From assembly GCA_963813245.1 (NCBI GenBank), contig CAWEYE010000005.1, forward strand, positions 114,588 through 178,587: a stretch of 64,000 bases of DNA. Direction: 5' to 3'. Within the stretch, counting starts at the first letter, position 1, and the number at the start of each line of letters is the position of its first letter. The DNA comes from an uncultured Actinomycetes bacterium. GTDB lineage: Bacteria; Actinomycetota; Thermoleophilia; Gaiellales; JAICJC01. Made by a program: the position numbers and the translations under genes. This document shows positions 1-9,882 of the stretch, piece after piece. Below the pieces are notes generated by a model. The model did no database searches and had not been told where the DNA came from. It worked only from the letters and a program-made list of their open reading frames with translations.

Positions 1-1376
1 TAGTAGGTGCCCTGCTGCTTCAGGTAGGCGGTGATCTGGTTGGCAGCCGCGGTCAGATGCGACTGCGCGATCTGCTGGTAACCCGACTTCTGCGAGATCG
101 CCTGCACGAGGGCCTGGTTCAGCTCGGTGCCGAGCAGGTCCTCCATCTTCGGCTCGTCCGGCGTGCGCGGCTTGGGGATGGAGTTGTCGACCGCGTCTGC
201 GATCGCCGGCAGCCACCGGTACTTGGTCGACAGGGCCGGGTCGCGCAGAGCTGATCCGGTCACCGCGGCGCTGCCGGTGCCCGCGAACTCCTTCTGCACC
301 TTGCTCGACGTGAACCACTCGAGGAACTTGACCGCGCCCGCCGTGTTCGGCGCACCCGAGGCGATGCCGCAGATGAACGTGCCGATGGCCGGCCCGCTCT
401 TGACCTGCTTCGGGGTGGCGGCGAAGTCGATCTTGCCCACGACCTTCGACTGGGTGGGGTCGTCGACGACATGGGCCGTGCCGGTGTACTCGGTCATGGC
501 CGTGCAGTGGCCCTGCAGCATGACCGCGGTCTCCTGGCTGGTGTCGAAGGCGGCGACGCCGCTCGGCATGTACGGGATGAACTCGAACAGCCGCTCGAGC
601 GCCGCGACGCCCTCGGGGCCGGCGAAGCCCGGCGACCAGTCGTCGTTGGCGAAGTTGCCGCCGTAGGAGTTGAGCAGCGGCAGGTAGGTCTGCACGATCG
701 GGTTGCCGGCGACGCCGCGCGGCGACCAGCCGTACAGGCTCGGCGGATGGGACTTGGTCTTCGCGACTGTGAACACGTCGTCCCACGTCACGGGCGGCGA
801 CGAGAAGTAGTCCTTGTTGTAGTACAGGATCTCGACATCGTCGATGATCACGAGCGAGAACAGCTCGGGTGTGGCGCTCGCGAACGCCTTCAGCCGCGGG
901 CCGGACTTGGGCGGCCAGTAGCCCTGCTCAAGCCCTTTCTCGAGGATGTCCGGGTTGACCTTGAGGCCGAGCTTGTCGAGGCTCTGGACGATGCCGCTGG
1001 CCGCGTACTCGGGCACCCAGTTGTCGTCCATGACGTAGATGTCGTACGCGCCGGTCTTCTGCAGGCCGTCGGTCTTCGAGTTCTGGTACCAGGCGTTGTA
1101 GTTGGTCTGGTGGTAGTTGACCTTGATCCCGGTCTCGGCCGTGAACTTCGGCAGAAAGACCTTCTGGAAGGGCACCATGGCCGGGTCGGAGAACGTTCCG
1201 ATCGTGATCGAGCCGCCGCCGGCGCCGCCGCTCGAGCCGGACGAGCTCGAGCTGCTTCCGCAGGCGGCCGCAAGCGGCGAGAGGCCGAGCACCGCGCCGG
1301 TGCCGAGCGCCCCTTTGACGATCTGGCGGCGGGTGTACGAGCGCGAGCTGCGCTCACTGGTCGTTGGGTCGCTCAT
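1..1376 (-). CDS. ABC transporter extracellular solute-binding protein (family 1, sugar type), lipoprotein-like N-terminus; stop codon runs off window edge
   Basis: Absent from the ORF track because the stop is cut (TA at 2..1). My own translation from ATG 1376 (GGAGGAG 7 nt upstream) gives MSDPTTSERSSRSYTRRQIVKGALGTGAVLGLSPLAAACGSSSSSSGSSGG...WYQNSKTDGLQKTGAYDIYVMDDNWVPEYAASG...ITAYLKQQGTY. It stays open to position 1. Confidence 0.8.
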   Translation of the reverse strand, partial: MSDPTTSERSSRSYTRRQIVKGALGTGAVLGLSPLAAACGSSSSSSGSSGGAGGGSITIGTFSDPAMVPFQKVFLPKFTAETGIKVNYHQTNYNAWYQNSKTDGLQKTGAYDIYVMDDNWVPEYAASGIVQSLDKLGLKVNPDILEKGLEQGYWPPKSGPRLKAFASATPELFSLVIIDDVEILYYNKDYFSSPPVTWDDVFTVAKTKSHPPSLYGWSPRGVAGNPIVQTYLPLLNSYGGNFANDDWSPGFAGPEGVAALERLFEFIPYMPSGVAAFDTSQETAVMLQGHCTAMTEYTGTAHVVDDPTQSKVVGKIDFAATPKQVKSGPAIGTFICGIASGAPNTAGAVKFLEWFTSSKVQKEFAGTGSAAVTGSALRDPALSTKYRWLPAIADAVDNSIPKPRTPDEPKMEDLLGTELNQALVQAISQKSGYQQIAQSHLTAAANQITAYLKQQGTY

Positions 1377-2520
1377 GCAACGCTCCTCCTTCGAGGGCCG
1401 GTTCGGACGGAGATGGTTCGGGGGTCGACGGGGCGGATGGCGGGGGCTCCTCCTTGTGTGCGGGCGCCGCGGTGATCGCCGCGCCGGTGGTGGCGTCGAA
1501 CAGGTGCAGGTGGGCGCGGTCGGGGGCGAGGCCGACCGGCGTGCCGATGGCCGGCTCGACGCCGGCGGCGACGCGCAGGTTGACGAGCTCTGCGCCGAGC
1601 GCGACCGTGATCAGCGTCTCGTTCCCGAGCGGCTCGACCACGTAGACCTCGGCGCGCAGCGTGTTCGGGTCGCCCGGCGCCGCCATCGCCGCGTGCTCGG
1701 GCCGAAAGCCGAGCTTGGCCGGCCCGCGCACCGTGTCCGTGCCGAGCGCGATCGAGCCGGCGGCGTGGGTGAAGACGCCGCCCGCGACCTCGCCTTCGAG
1801 GACGTTCATCGGCGGCGAGCCGCAGAAGCGGGCGACGAACAGGTTGACCGGGCGGGCGTACAGGTCGGCCGGCGCGGCCAGCTGCTGCAGGCGGCCGTCG
1901 TGCATGACGGCCACCATGTCGGCCATCGTCATCGCCTCGACCTGGTCGTGGGTGACATAGAGCGTCGTCACCCCGAGCTGCTTCTGCAGGCGCTTGATCT
2001 CGATCCGCATCTGCAGGCGCAGCTGCGCGTCGAGGTTGGAGAGCGGCTCGTCCATCAGGAACACGCGCGGCTCGCGGACGATCGCGCGGGCGAGCGCGAC
2101 CCGCTGGCGCTGCCCGCCCGAGAGCGCGCGCGGCATGCGGTCGAGCAGGCCGTCGATCGAGAGCATCCGCGCCACCTCGGCCACCCGCTCGGCCCGCTCG
2201 GGCTTGGGCACCTTGCGCACCCGCAGCGGGTAGGCGATGTTGTCGGCGACGCTCTTGTGCGGGTAGAGCGCGTAGCTCTGGAACACCATCGCGACGTCGC
2301 GATCCTTCGGCTGCAGGCGGGTGACGTCGCGGTCGCCCAGGTACACGTTGCCCGCGGTCGGCTCCTCGAGCCCGGCCAGGATCCGCAGCGCGGTCGTCTT
2401 GCCGCAGCCCGACGGGCCGAGCAGCGCCAGGAAGGTGCCGTCGGGGACATCCAGCTCGAGGTCGATCAGAGCCTCCACGCCCGCGAACGTCTTGGACACG
2501 TGCTCGTAGCGGACCTGCAT
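1354..2520 (-). CDS. Sugar ABC transporter ATP-binding protein (MalK/UgpC/MsiK-like)
   Basis: Walker A GPSGCGKTT, signature [14 protein letters not shown], Walker [12 protein letters not shown], and a MalK-type C-terminal domain. It has an unusual Pro/Ser-rich tail that overlaps the solute-binding protein (SBP) start. Confidence 0.93.
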   Translation of the reverse strand: MQVRYEHVSKTFAGVEALIDLELDVPDGTFLALLGPSGCGKTTALRILAGLEEPTAGNVYLGDRDVTRLQPKDRDVAMVFQSYALYPHKSVADNIAYPLRVRKVPKPERAERVAEVARMLSIDGLLDRMPRALSGGQRQRVALARAIVREPRVFLMDEPLSNLDAQLRLQMRIEIKRLQKQLGVTTLYVTHDQVEAMTMADMVAVMHDGRLQQLAAPADLYARPVNLFVARFCGSPPMNVLEGEVAGGVFTHAAGSIALGTDTVRGPAKLGFRPEHAAMAAPGDPNTLRAEVYVVEPLGNETLITVALGAELVNLRVAAGVEPAIGTPVGLAPDRAHLHLFDATTGAAITAAPAHKEEPPPSAPSTPEPSPSEPALEGGALHERPNDQ

Positions 2521-3467
2521 CAGCCGGCCCTCCTGGCGGGGCCGGTCGATCCGCGGGCCACGAGCTCGGCCGGCATGACCACGCTGCGGCCGGCGTGCTC
2601 GCCGGCGGCGATCGCCGAGAGCGCCATCTCGGCCGCGAGCCGGCCCATCTCCTCGGCCGGCTGGCGCACGGTGGTGAGGTCGATGCGGCGATGCGACGCG
2701 AGCGGGATGTCGTCGAAGCCCACCACCGACACGGCCTCCGGCACGCGGCGGCCGCCGCGCTCGAGCCGGTCCATGAGCGCCATCGCGATCACGTCGTTGG
2801 TGCAGCAGACGGCCGTGGCGCCCTCGTCGTGCGGCACGGGCGCGAGGCCGCGGCGGGCAAGCGCCGCCGCGAGCGCGTCGGGGCGGCGGTCGACAGACTC
2901 CTCGTGCGCGCCGGAGTGCGCGAAGGCGATCCGCTCGTGGCCGAGGCTGGTCAGGTGCGCGACCACCTGCTCCATGGCGGCGTACTCGTCGACGGCGATC
3001 ACACCCAGGCGGGGGTCGGCGCCTTCGAACGAGACGACGACGACCGGGACGCCGCGGTCGAGCAGCTCCGACGGAATGGTCGAGCCGGCGGTGACGGCCG
3101 GGAAGATCACGCCGTCGACGCGCCGGCCGACGAGCGCCCGCACCTGCGCCGACTCGGTGGCCGGGTCGTTCTCGGTCTCGGCGATGAGCACGGCGAACCC
3201 GTCGCGGTGGGCGCGGCGCTCGACCTGCAGGGCGACCGTGGCGTGGAACGGGTTCATGGCGTCGGGGATGACGACCCCGAGCGTGCGCGTCGAGCGCCGC
3301 TTGAGCGACCGGGCCACCTCGTTCTGGCGGTAGCCGAGCTCCTCGATCGCCGCCAGCACCCGCAGCCGGGTCGACTCGGACACCGGCGCCGTCGAGTGCA
3401 GGACGTTCGAGACGGTACCCAGCGAGACACCGGATCTGCGGGCGACGTCGAGCATCGTCACCGTCAC
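2520..3467 (-). CDS. LacI family transcriptional regulator
   Basis: N-terminal HTH MLDVARRSGVSLGTVSNVLH plus a periplasmic-binding-fold effector domain. Its start overlaps the stop of the upstream isomerase. Confidence 0.93.
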   Translation of the reverse strand: MTVTMLDVARRSGVSLGTVSNVLHSTAPVSESTRLRVLAAIEELGYRQNEVARSLKRRSTRTLGVVIPDAMNPFHATVALQVERRAHRDGFAVLIAETENDPATESAQVRALVGRRVDGVIFPAVTAGSTIPSELLDRGVPVVVVSFEGADPRLGVIAVDEYAAMEQVVAHLTSLGHERIAFAHSGAHEESVDRRPDALAAALARRGLAPVPHDEGATAVCCTNDVIAMALMDRLERGGRRVPEAVSVVGFDDIPLASHRRIDLTTVRQPAEEMGRLAAEMALSAIAAGEHAGRSVVMPAELVARGSTGPARRAG

Positions 3468-4427
3468 CCGACCGGGACTTCCGCCAGCGCGAGCGCGGCC
3501 CGCAGCGCCGCGAGCGAGGTCTCGATGCCCTCCTCGGCCCTCATGCGCGGGTCCTCATGCTCGATCGAGATATCGCCGTCATACCCGGCAGCGCGCAGCG
3601 CGGCGAGGAGCGCGGCCCAGGTGGCGGTGTCGTGGCCGGTGCCGACGGCGGCGAAGTGCCACGTCTCCAGGTCGGGGTCGACCGGGAAGCGGCAGTCGAT
3701 CAGGCCGTTGCGGCGCACGCGGTCGGCGTGCACGAGCGTGTCCTTGCCGTGCGCGAAGCCGATGCGGTCGCCGACGTCCTCGATGACGCACAGCGGATCG
3801 ATCCCCTGCCACCAGAAGTGGCTGGGGTCGAAGTTCACACCCAGGTTCGGCCCGGCGTGCTCGGCCAGGCGCAGGAACGACGCGCTCGAGTACGCCGACG
3901 CGCCCGGGTGCAGCTCGAGGCAGATGCGCACGCCGGGCGCCGCGCCCGCAGCCCATCCGCACAGCTCGCGCCAGAACGGCGCCAGCCGCTGCTCGAGCTG
4001 CCATTCCCACAGCGACTCGTCGTCGGGCGTGAGCGCCCACGGGGCGAAGACCGGCGTCTCCCCGCCGTCGCGGCTGCCCGGGCATCCGCTCATCGTGACG
4101 ACGCGGTCGACCCCGAAGCGCATGGGCGAGCTCGATCGCGCCGTGCACGAGCGCCGCATGCCGGGCGCCGACGTCGGCCTGTGGATGCAGGGGATTGCCG
4201 GCCGCGTTCACGCACGAAAGCTGCAGGCCATGCTCGCGCAGCTCGCCCGCCAGCCGGTCGCGGGCGGCCGGCTCGCGCAGGAGCGCGTCCAGATCCAGCT
4301 GGTGGGAGGCCTGCGCCCAGCCGCCCACTCCCATCTCGATGCGGCCGATCCCGCGCTCCGCGCACCAGGCGAACGCCTGCTCGCGCGAATGCTGCGCCAG
4401 GCCGTCGTTGAACACACCTATCTGCAA
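3464..4427 (-). pseudogene. Sugar phosphate isomerase/epimerase (xylose-isomerase-like TIM barrel), broken by one apparent +1 insertion near 4121
   Basis: Track ORFs 3579..4547 (...LQIGVFNDGLAQHSREQAFAWCAERGIGRIEMG...ALVHGAIELAH) and 3464..4159 (RFGVDRVVTMSGCPG...NFDPSHFWWQG...ISIEHED) join seamlessly if base ~4121 is removed. Start taken at TTG 4427 with GGGGAG upstream. Confidence 0.8.
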
Positions 4428-4446
4428 CCGGGACTCCCCGCGTCGG

Positions 4447-4464
4447 GGTTGAAACGTTTCAACC
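4447..4464. promoter_or_regulatory. LacI-family operator: 18-bp perfect palindrome GGTTGAAACGTTTCAACC
   Basis: Perfect inverted repeat with the TGAAACGTTTCA core typical of LacI/GalR operators. It sits in the divergent intergenic region between the isomerase-LacI-ABC operon and iolC, and is AT-rich in a GC-rich context. Confidence 0.65.
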
Positions 4465-4501
4465 GATCGCGTATCTTCTGCCTCGAATTCCGCCTTGTCA
4501 A

Positions 4502-5479
4502 GTGGCGTTTTCTCCAAATCGAAACCTCCCCGTGTCGCCAGACCCATCCCCGAAAACCTCTCCCTCGCGACCGGAGGCGGTCGTCATGGGCCGGGCCGGG
4601 GTCGACCTGTATCCGATGCAGCTCGAGACGCCGCTCGAGGAAATCGAGGGATTTCACAAGTACGTGGGCGGGTTCGCCGCCAACGTCGCCACCGGCCTGG
4701 CCCGGCTCGGCGTGCGGGTGGCGATCATCTCGGCGGTCGGTGACGACGGCCACGGCCGCTTCGTGCGCAGGTTCCTCGAGTCGGAGGGGGTCGACTGCAG
4801 CTGGCTGGGCGTGCACCCGACGCTGCGAACGGCGCTCGCGTTTTGCGAGGCGTGGCCGCCCGACCGCTTCCCGATCACGTTCTACCGCACGCCCACGTGC
4901 CCCGACTGGGAGCTCACCCCGGGCGGGCTCGATCTGGCCGCCATCGCGGCAGCGCAGCTCGTGTACGTGAGCGGCACCGGCCTTGCCCGCGAGCCGTCGC
5001 GGCTCGCCACGATGGCCGTGGTCGAAGCCACGAGCGACGGCGATGCCACCACGGTGCTCGACCTCGACTGGCGCTCGATGCTGTGGGACGACCCGGCCGA
5101 CTACGCCGCCGCGGTGCGGGTGTGCGCCCGCATGGCCGATGTCGTGCTCGGATCCGACGAGGAGATCACCGCCGCCGCGGGTGCGAACGAGCCCGGCCGG
5201 ATCCTGCGCCTCGGGCCGCGGACGCTGGTGCAGAAGCACGGGCCCGACGGGGCGACGGTGCACGGGCGCGACGGCACCAGCGAGCGCATCGCCCCGCACC
5301 CCGTCGCGGTCGTGAACGGCCTCGGCGCCGGCGACGCCTTCGCGGCGGCCCTCGGCTGGCGGCTGCTGCGCGGCGACACCGCCGCCCGGGCGGCCGAGGT
5401 CGCCAACCGGGCCGGCGCGCACGTCGCCGCCCGGCTCGGATGCTCGATCGCGATGCCCAACGAAGGAGACCTGCTGTGA
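4502..5479 (+). CDS. iolC: 5-dehydro-2-deoxygluconokinase (PfkB family)
   Basis: MGRAGVDLYPMQLETPLEEIEGFHKYVGGFAANVATGLARLG...NGLGAGDAF, an IolC-like pattern. The exact start is uncertain (4502 or ATG 4586). Confidence 0.8.
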   Translation: MAFSPNRNLPVSPDPSPKTSPSRPEAVVMGRAGVDLYPMQLETPLEEIEGFHKYVGGFAANVATGLARLGVRVAIISAVGDDGHGRFVRRFLESEGVDCSWLGVHPTLRTALAFCEAWPPDRFPITFYRTPTCPDWELTPGGLDLAAIAAAQLVYVSGTGLAREPSRLATMAVVEATSDGDATTVLDLDWRSMLWDDPADYAAAVRVCARMADVVLGSDEEITAAAGANEPGRILRLGPRTLVQKHGPDGATVHGRDGTSERIAPHPVAVVNGLGAGDAFAAALGWRLLRGDTAARAAEVANRAGAHVAARLGCSIAMPNEGDLL

Positions 5480-6294
5480 GCGAGCTCATGCTGCGCGCCC
5501 CCGCGCCCGCCGTCACCCCCGCCGACGCGGGGTGGCGCTGGCTCTCGTACCGGTCGGAGCGGGTCGCCGGCAGCCTCGACATCCACACCGGGCCCGACGA
5601 GGTGTGCCTGGTCAACCTCGGCGGGTCGCTCGCCGCGGTCACGGCCGGCGAGCGCCACAGCCTGGGCGAGCGGGCCTCGCCCTTCGCCGACCTGCCCCGC
5701 TCGCTCTATCTGCCGCCGGAGACGGCGTGCACGGTGCAGGGCGAGGGCATGGTGGGCGTCTGCGCCGCCCGCGCCGACGCCGGCCACCCGGTGCAGCCGA
5801 TCCCGCCCGAGCAGGTGCGGGTCGAGGTGCGCGGGTCGGGCAACGCCACCCGCCAGATCAATCACATCATCCCGCCGGAGTTTTCCGCGCACCGCCTGCT
5901 CGTGGTCGAGGTGCTGACGCCGGGCGGCAACTGGTCGTCGTATCCGCCGCACAAGCACGAGCAGGAGCGGCTGCCGGCCGAGAACGACCTCGAGGAGGTG
6001 TACGCGTACCGGTTCGAGCGCCCGGAGGGCTTCGGCGTGCAGCGGCTCTACAGCCGCACGGGCGACCTGGACGAGACGTGGACGGTGCGCGACGGCGACG
6101 TGCTGCTCGTGCCGCGCGGATACCACCCCTTCTGCTCGGCCCACGGCTACCACGGCTACTACCTGAACGCCCTCGCCGCCGAGCGGCGCTCGATGGCGGC
6201 CGAGGACGACCCCGACCTGGCCTGGACGCGGGATACCTGGCCCACACTGGAGCGCGATCCACGCGTCCCCCTGACCGGAGAGGAGACACCATGA
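5476..6294 (+). CDS. iolB: 5-deoxy-glucuronate isomerase
   Basis: GNWSSYPPHKHEQ...EEVYAYRF...GFGVQRLY...VPRGYHPFCSAHGYHGYYLNAL is the IolB signature. The GTG start overlaps the iolC stop (GTGA). Confidence 0.88.
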   Translation: MSELMLRAPAPAVTPADAGWRWLSYRSERVAGSLDIHTGPDEVCLVNLGGSLAAVTAGERHSLGERASPFADLPRSLYLPPETACTVQGEGMVGVCAARADAGHPVQPIPPEQVRVEVRGSGNATRQINHIIPPEFSAHRLLVVEVLTPGGNWSSYPPHKHEQERLPAENDLEEVYAYRFERPEGFGVQRLYSRTGDLDETWTVRDGDVLLVPRGYHPFCSAHGYHGYYLNALAAERRSMAAEDDPDLAWTRDTWPTLERDPRVPLTGEETP

Positions 6295-7208
6295 GGGTCG
6301 CATCCGCACCGGTGTCGTTCGGCATATTCGAGCTGACGGCAGGCGATTCAGGACTGCCCGACCCGGTGGCGGTGCTCGACGCCATGGCCGACACGGGCCA
6401 CGAGGGCACGGAGCTCGGCCCGCCCGGGTACTTCGGCGACGCCGCCGGCACGGCCGCCGCGCTCGCCGAGCGCAACCTCGCGCTCGTGGGGTCGTTCCTG
6501 CCCCTGCGGCTCTCGCGCAAGGAGCACATCGACGAGGACATGGCCTTCCTCGACCGGGCGCTCGGCATCCTCGACGAGACCACGCCGCCGGGGGACACGC
6601 GGCCGATGGCGCTGATCTCGGACGCGTTCTGCGAGCCCGAGCGCCTGGCCGGCGCCGGCCAGATCGAGGAGCGGCCCGACGCATGGCTCGGCGACGCCCG
6701 GTTCGAGCTCCTGGTCGCAAACGCGCAGAGGGCGGCCGAGCGCTGCCTCGCCCGCGGCTACCGGCCGGCCTTCCACTACCACGGCGGCACCTACGTCGAG
6801 ACGCCGCGCGAGATCGACCGCTTCGCCTCGCTCGTCGACGCGAGCGTGCTGGGCTTCTGCTTCGACAGCGGCCATTCGCTCTTCGGCGGCGGCGATCCGG
6901 TGGCGTTCCTCGACACCTACGGCGAGCTCGTCACCCACGTGCACCTGAAGGATGTCGACGGCGCGGTCATGGACGAGATCCGCTCGCGCGGGCTCGGGAT
7001 GGAGGAGGCGTGGCGGCGGGGCGTGTTCTGCCGGTTCGGCGAGGGCAGCGTCGACCTCGCAGCGATCGTCGCCCGGCTGCGCGCACTCGGCTACGACGAC
7101 TGGGTGGTGGTCGAGCAGGACCGGCACCTGAAGCCGGGCCAGACGATCGCGTCGCTCACCGACGATGCCCGCCACAACCGCGAGGTGCTGCGGGAGCTGG
7201 GGGTGTAG
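6291..7208 (+). CDS. Sugar phosphate isomerase/epimerase family protein (IolE/IolH-like TIM barrel)
   Basis: MRVASAPVSFGIFELT...GHEGTELGPPGYF...HLKDVDG...DDWVVVEQD. The ATG overlaps the iolB stop (ATGA). Confidence 0.78.
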   Translation: MRVASAPVSFGIFELTAGDSGLPDPVAVLDAMADTGHEGTELGPPGYFGDAAGTAAALAERNLALVGSFLPLRLSRKEHIDEDMAFLDRALGILDETTPPGDTRPMALISDAFCEPERLAGAGQIEERPDAWLGDARFELLVANAQRAAERCLARGYRPAFHYHGGTYVETPREIDRFASLVDASVLGFCFDSGHSLFGGGDPVAFLDTYGELVTHVHLKDVDGAVMDEIRSRGLGMEEAWRRGVFCRFGEGSVDLAAIVARLRALGYDDWVVVEQDRHLKPGQTIASLTDDARHNREVLRELGV

Positions 7209-7224
7209 GGGCAGAATCCGCGAG

Positions 7225-7801
7225 GTGTTCGCCCCCGCCTACCCGATCGAGACCGAGCGGCTGCTGCTGCGCCCCTACCAAAAGGGCGACTTCGACGCGC
7301 TCCACGCGATCGAGTCGCGGGCCGACGTCAACCGCTATCTGTACTCGGAAGCGCGCGGCGGCGACGAGGTGCACGGCATCCTGCGCCGGAAGCTGGATGA
7401 GACCGGCCTGCGCGATGAGGGGGACACGCTTTCGGTGGCATGCGTGCGCAGGGACACGGGCGGCGATGATCGGCGGCTGCATTCTGCACTGGGCCAGCCG
7501 CGAGCACGGTCTGGGCGAGATCGGTTTCGTGCTCCACCCCGACCACCACGGCCACGGCTACGCGACCGAGGCCGCCCGCCCGCTGCTCGAGTTCGGCTTC
7601 GCCACCGTCGGCTTGCACCGGATCATCGGCCGGCTCGAGGCCAGAAACGTGGCATCGGCGCGCGTGCTCGAGAAGCTCGGCATGCGCCGCGAGGCGCTGC
7701 TCATCGAGAACGAGTGGGTCAAGGGCGAGTGGCAGAGCGAGCTCGACTACGCGATCCTCGACCGCGAGTGGCGGGCGCTGCGCGCGGTCGGCGGCGCTTG
7801 A
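7225..7801 (+). pseudogene. GNAT (RimJ/RimL-type) N-acetyltransferase, broken by one apparent +1 insertion near 7462
   Basis: N-terminal part IETERLLLRPYQKGDFDALHAIESRADVNRYLY...SVACVRRDTG is in the frame of ORF 7165. The continuation AMIGGCILHWASREHGLGEIGFVLHPDHHGHGYATEAARPLLEFGF...ARNVASARVLEKLGM is in the frame of ORF 6683..7801. Confidence 0.75.
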
Positions 7802-7931
7802 CAGCCGCCGCTCCCATCCGCCGTGCTCGAGGTCGCCGTAAGCCCCAACTTACGGTGAGTCTAGACGGCGAAGGCTGGACGGCACTCTTCGAGCTCTTCC
7901 GCAGCGTCGTCGCCGGCCGCTGAGGTTGGTC

Positions 7932-9653
7932 TTAGGCAGCCTGGCGCTGGTCGCCGGAGAGGAGCCCGTTGAAGAGCATCGTCGGCAGCGGCTTGCTGTA
8001 GAGGTAGCCCTGGCCGATCTCGCAGCCGAGGTCGCGCAGGAAGGTCAGCTGCGCCTCGGTCTCGATGCCCTCGGCGAGGCACTGGATGCCGAGCTTCGCG
8101 GCCATCGTGATCATGGTCTCGACGAGCACCCCGGCGTCGCGGTCGTCGGGCAGGTCCTTCACGAACGAGCGGTCGATCTTGATCATGCTCGGCCGCAGGC
8201 GCCGCAGCCGCCCGAGCGAGGAGTAGCCGGTGCCGAAGTCGTCGATTGCCAGGCGCAGGCCCTGGGAGTGGATCTCGTTCAGCATCGGATCGAGATCCGT
8301 GATGTCGGTCATCGCGGCCTGCTCGGTGAGCTCGATCATGATCCGGTCGGGGGTGAGCCCGAACGATTCGACCGTCGCGATCACGCGGCGGATGGCGGAC
8401 GCCTGCCAGTACGCCGGCGGCAGGTTGACCGAGGCGTACAGGTCGAGGTCGCGGTCGCACCAGCGCCGCGCCTCGATGCAGGCTCGCTCGAGCACCCATG
8501 CCGTCATCGGGCGGATCAGGCCCGTGCGCTCGGCGGCCGGCAGGAACGCGCCGGGCAGGAGCAGGCCGGCCTCGGGATGGTTCCACCGGATCAGCGCCTC
8601 GGCACCCACGATGCACGACTGCGTGAGGTCTACGATCGGCTGGTAGTACAGCTCGAGCTCGTCCCGCCGCTCCGCCAGCCGCAGCTGAGATGCGATCGCG
8701 AGCTCCCTGCTCGAGTCGCGCTTCGGCGGCTGGTACAGGCGGTAGCCGTCGCGGCCGCCGTCCTTGGCCGCGTACATGGCGATGTCGGCGTGCTTGAGCA
8801 GCGTCTCGGCGGTGTCGCCGTCGGCCGGAAAGAGGCTGGCGCCGATGCTCGGGGTGACGTAGAGGTCGGTGTTCGCGACCGCGAACGGCTTTGCGAGCGC
8901 CGCCCGCAGGTTCGCGGCCACGGTCTGCGCGGCCGTCTCGGGGGACGCCTCGGCGGCCGCTCCCTGCACGAGCACCAGGAACTCGTCGCCGCCCTGGCGG
9001 GCGACCACGTCACCGGCCCGGCACGACTCGCGCAGCCGCTTTGCGACCATCACGAGCAGTTCGTCGCCGACGGCGTGACCGAAGCTGTCGTTCACCAGCT
9101 TGAAGTCGTCGAGGTCGATGAACAGCACCGCGCCGCCCGAGTGCGAGCGCGCGGCGTTGGCGATCGCGACGGTGAGGTGCTCCTGGAAGAGCGCCCGGTT
9201 GGGCAGGTCGGTGAGCGGGTCGTGCAGCGCCAGGTGGGCGAGCCGCTCCTCGCCCGACCGGCGCTCGGTCACGTCGAAGAGGACGCCGTCGACATGCAGC
9301 ACGACGCCGTCGAGCCCGTAGACGCCCTGACCGTGGCCCTGCACCCAGCGCGTGCTCCCGTCGGCGTGGACCAGGCGATACTCGATCGCGTACGCCTCGC
9401 GGCGGTCGAGCGCGCCGCGGAAGAGCGCCGTCACCGCATCGAGGTCGTCGGGGTGGATGATGCTCGAGTAGGGGCGGCCGGCCTCGCCCAGGAGGGCGGA
9501 GGGCGGATAGCCGGTGATGGACTCGATCGACGGCGCGACGGCGCGCATGATCCAGCGCTCGTCCAGGCGCTCGTGCCGGTACGGCGTCCCCGGCAGCACC
9601 GAGACCTGCGCACCGGAGCGTCCACTCCAGGGTATGCCCGCGCGACTTTGCAT
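7932..9653 (-). CDS. PAS-GGDEF-EAL c-di-GMP signalling protein
   Basis: PAS (SIESITGYPPSALLG...IEYRLVHADGSTRWV), GGDEF (RQGGDEFLVL) and EAL (EALIRW...DDFGTGYSSL...KIDRSF...EGIE) domains. Start taken at ATG 9653 (GGGGGGA upstream). Confidence 0.9.
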   Translation of the reverse strand: MQSRAGIPWSGRSGAQVSVLPGTPYRHERLDERWIMRAVAPSIESITGYPPSALLGEAGRPYSSIIHPDDLDAVTALFRGALDRREAYAIEYRLVHADGSTRWVQGHGQGVYGLDGVVLHVDGVLFDVTERRSGEERLAHLALHDPLTDLPNRALFQEHLTVAIANAARSHSGGAVLFIDLDDFKLVNDSFGHAVGDELLVMVAKRLRESCRAGDVVARQGGDEFLVLVQGAAAEASPETAAQTVAANLRAALAKPFAVANTDLYVTPSIGASLFPADGDTAETLLKHADIAMYAAKDGGRDGYRLYQPPKRDSSRELAIASQLRLAERRDELELYYQPIVDLTQSCIVGAEALIRWNHPEAGLLLPGAFLPAAERTGLIRPMTAWVLERACIEARRWCDRDLDLYASVNLPPAYWQASAIRRVIATVESFGLTPDRIMIELTEQAAMTDITDLDPMLNEIHSQGLRLAIDDFGTGYSSLGRLRRLRPSMIKIDRSFVKDLPDDRDAGVLVETMITMAAKLGIQCLAEGIETEAQLTFLRDLGCEIGQGYLYSKPLPTMLFNGLLSGDQRQAA

Positions 9654-9772
9654 ATCCCCCCGGGTAGTCGGGTCATTTTGGCAACAGTTGATCACCTGAT
9701 CGAGGGACGGGTGCGTACAGCAGCCGGCGACGGGGCACCGTGCCGCAGCTACCGCAGGCTGGGGAGGGACGG

Positions 9773-9788
9773 ATGCCGCATGCGGCAT
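9773..9788. repeat. 16-bp perfect palindrome ATGCCGCATGCGGCAT upstream of the membrane GGDEF-EAL gene
   Basis: Read directly from the sequence. It lies in the divergent intergenic region between two c-di-GMP genes. Its function is unknown (operator or 5' hairpin). Confidence 0.5.
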
Positions 9789-9882
9789 GTACTGCCGGCC
9801 CGGTGCGCCGACCGTAAGGGGGGTGGTGCAGTCACCCCCTCATTCCGCCGTGCACACGATCCCGGGCATCGTGCGGTTCGGC

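Noticed and set aside
1354-1480. Pro/Ser-rich 40-aa C-terminal tail of the first ABC ATPase overlapping the SBP start, possibly a lost stop or frameshift
   Set aside because: No alternative frame gives a better MalK C-terminus and the core domains are intact. Kept as a normal CDS with a note.
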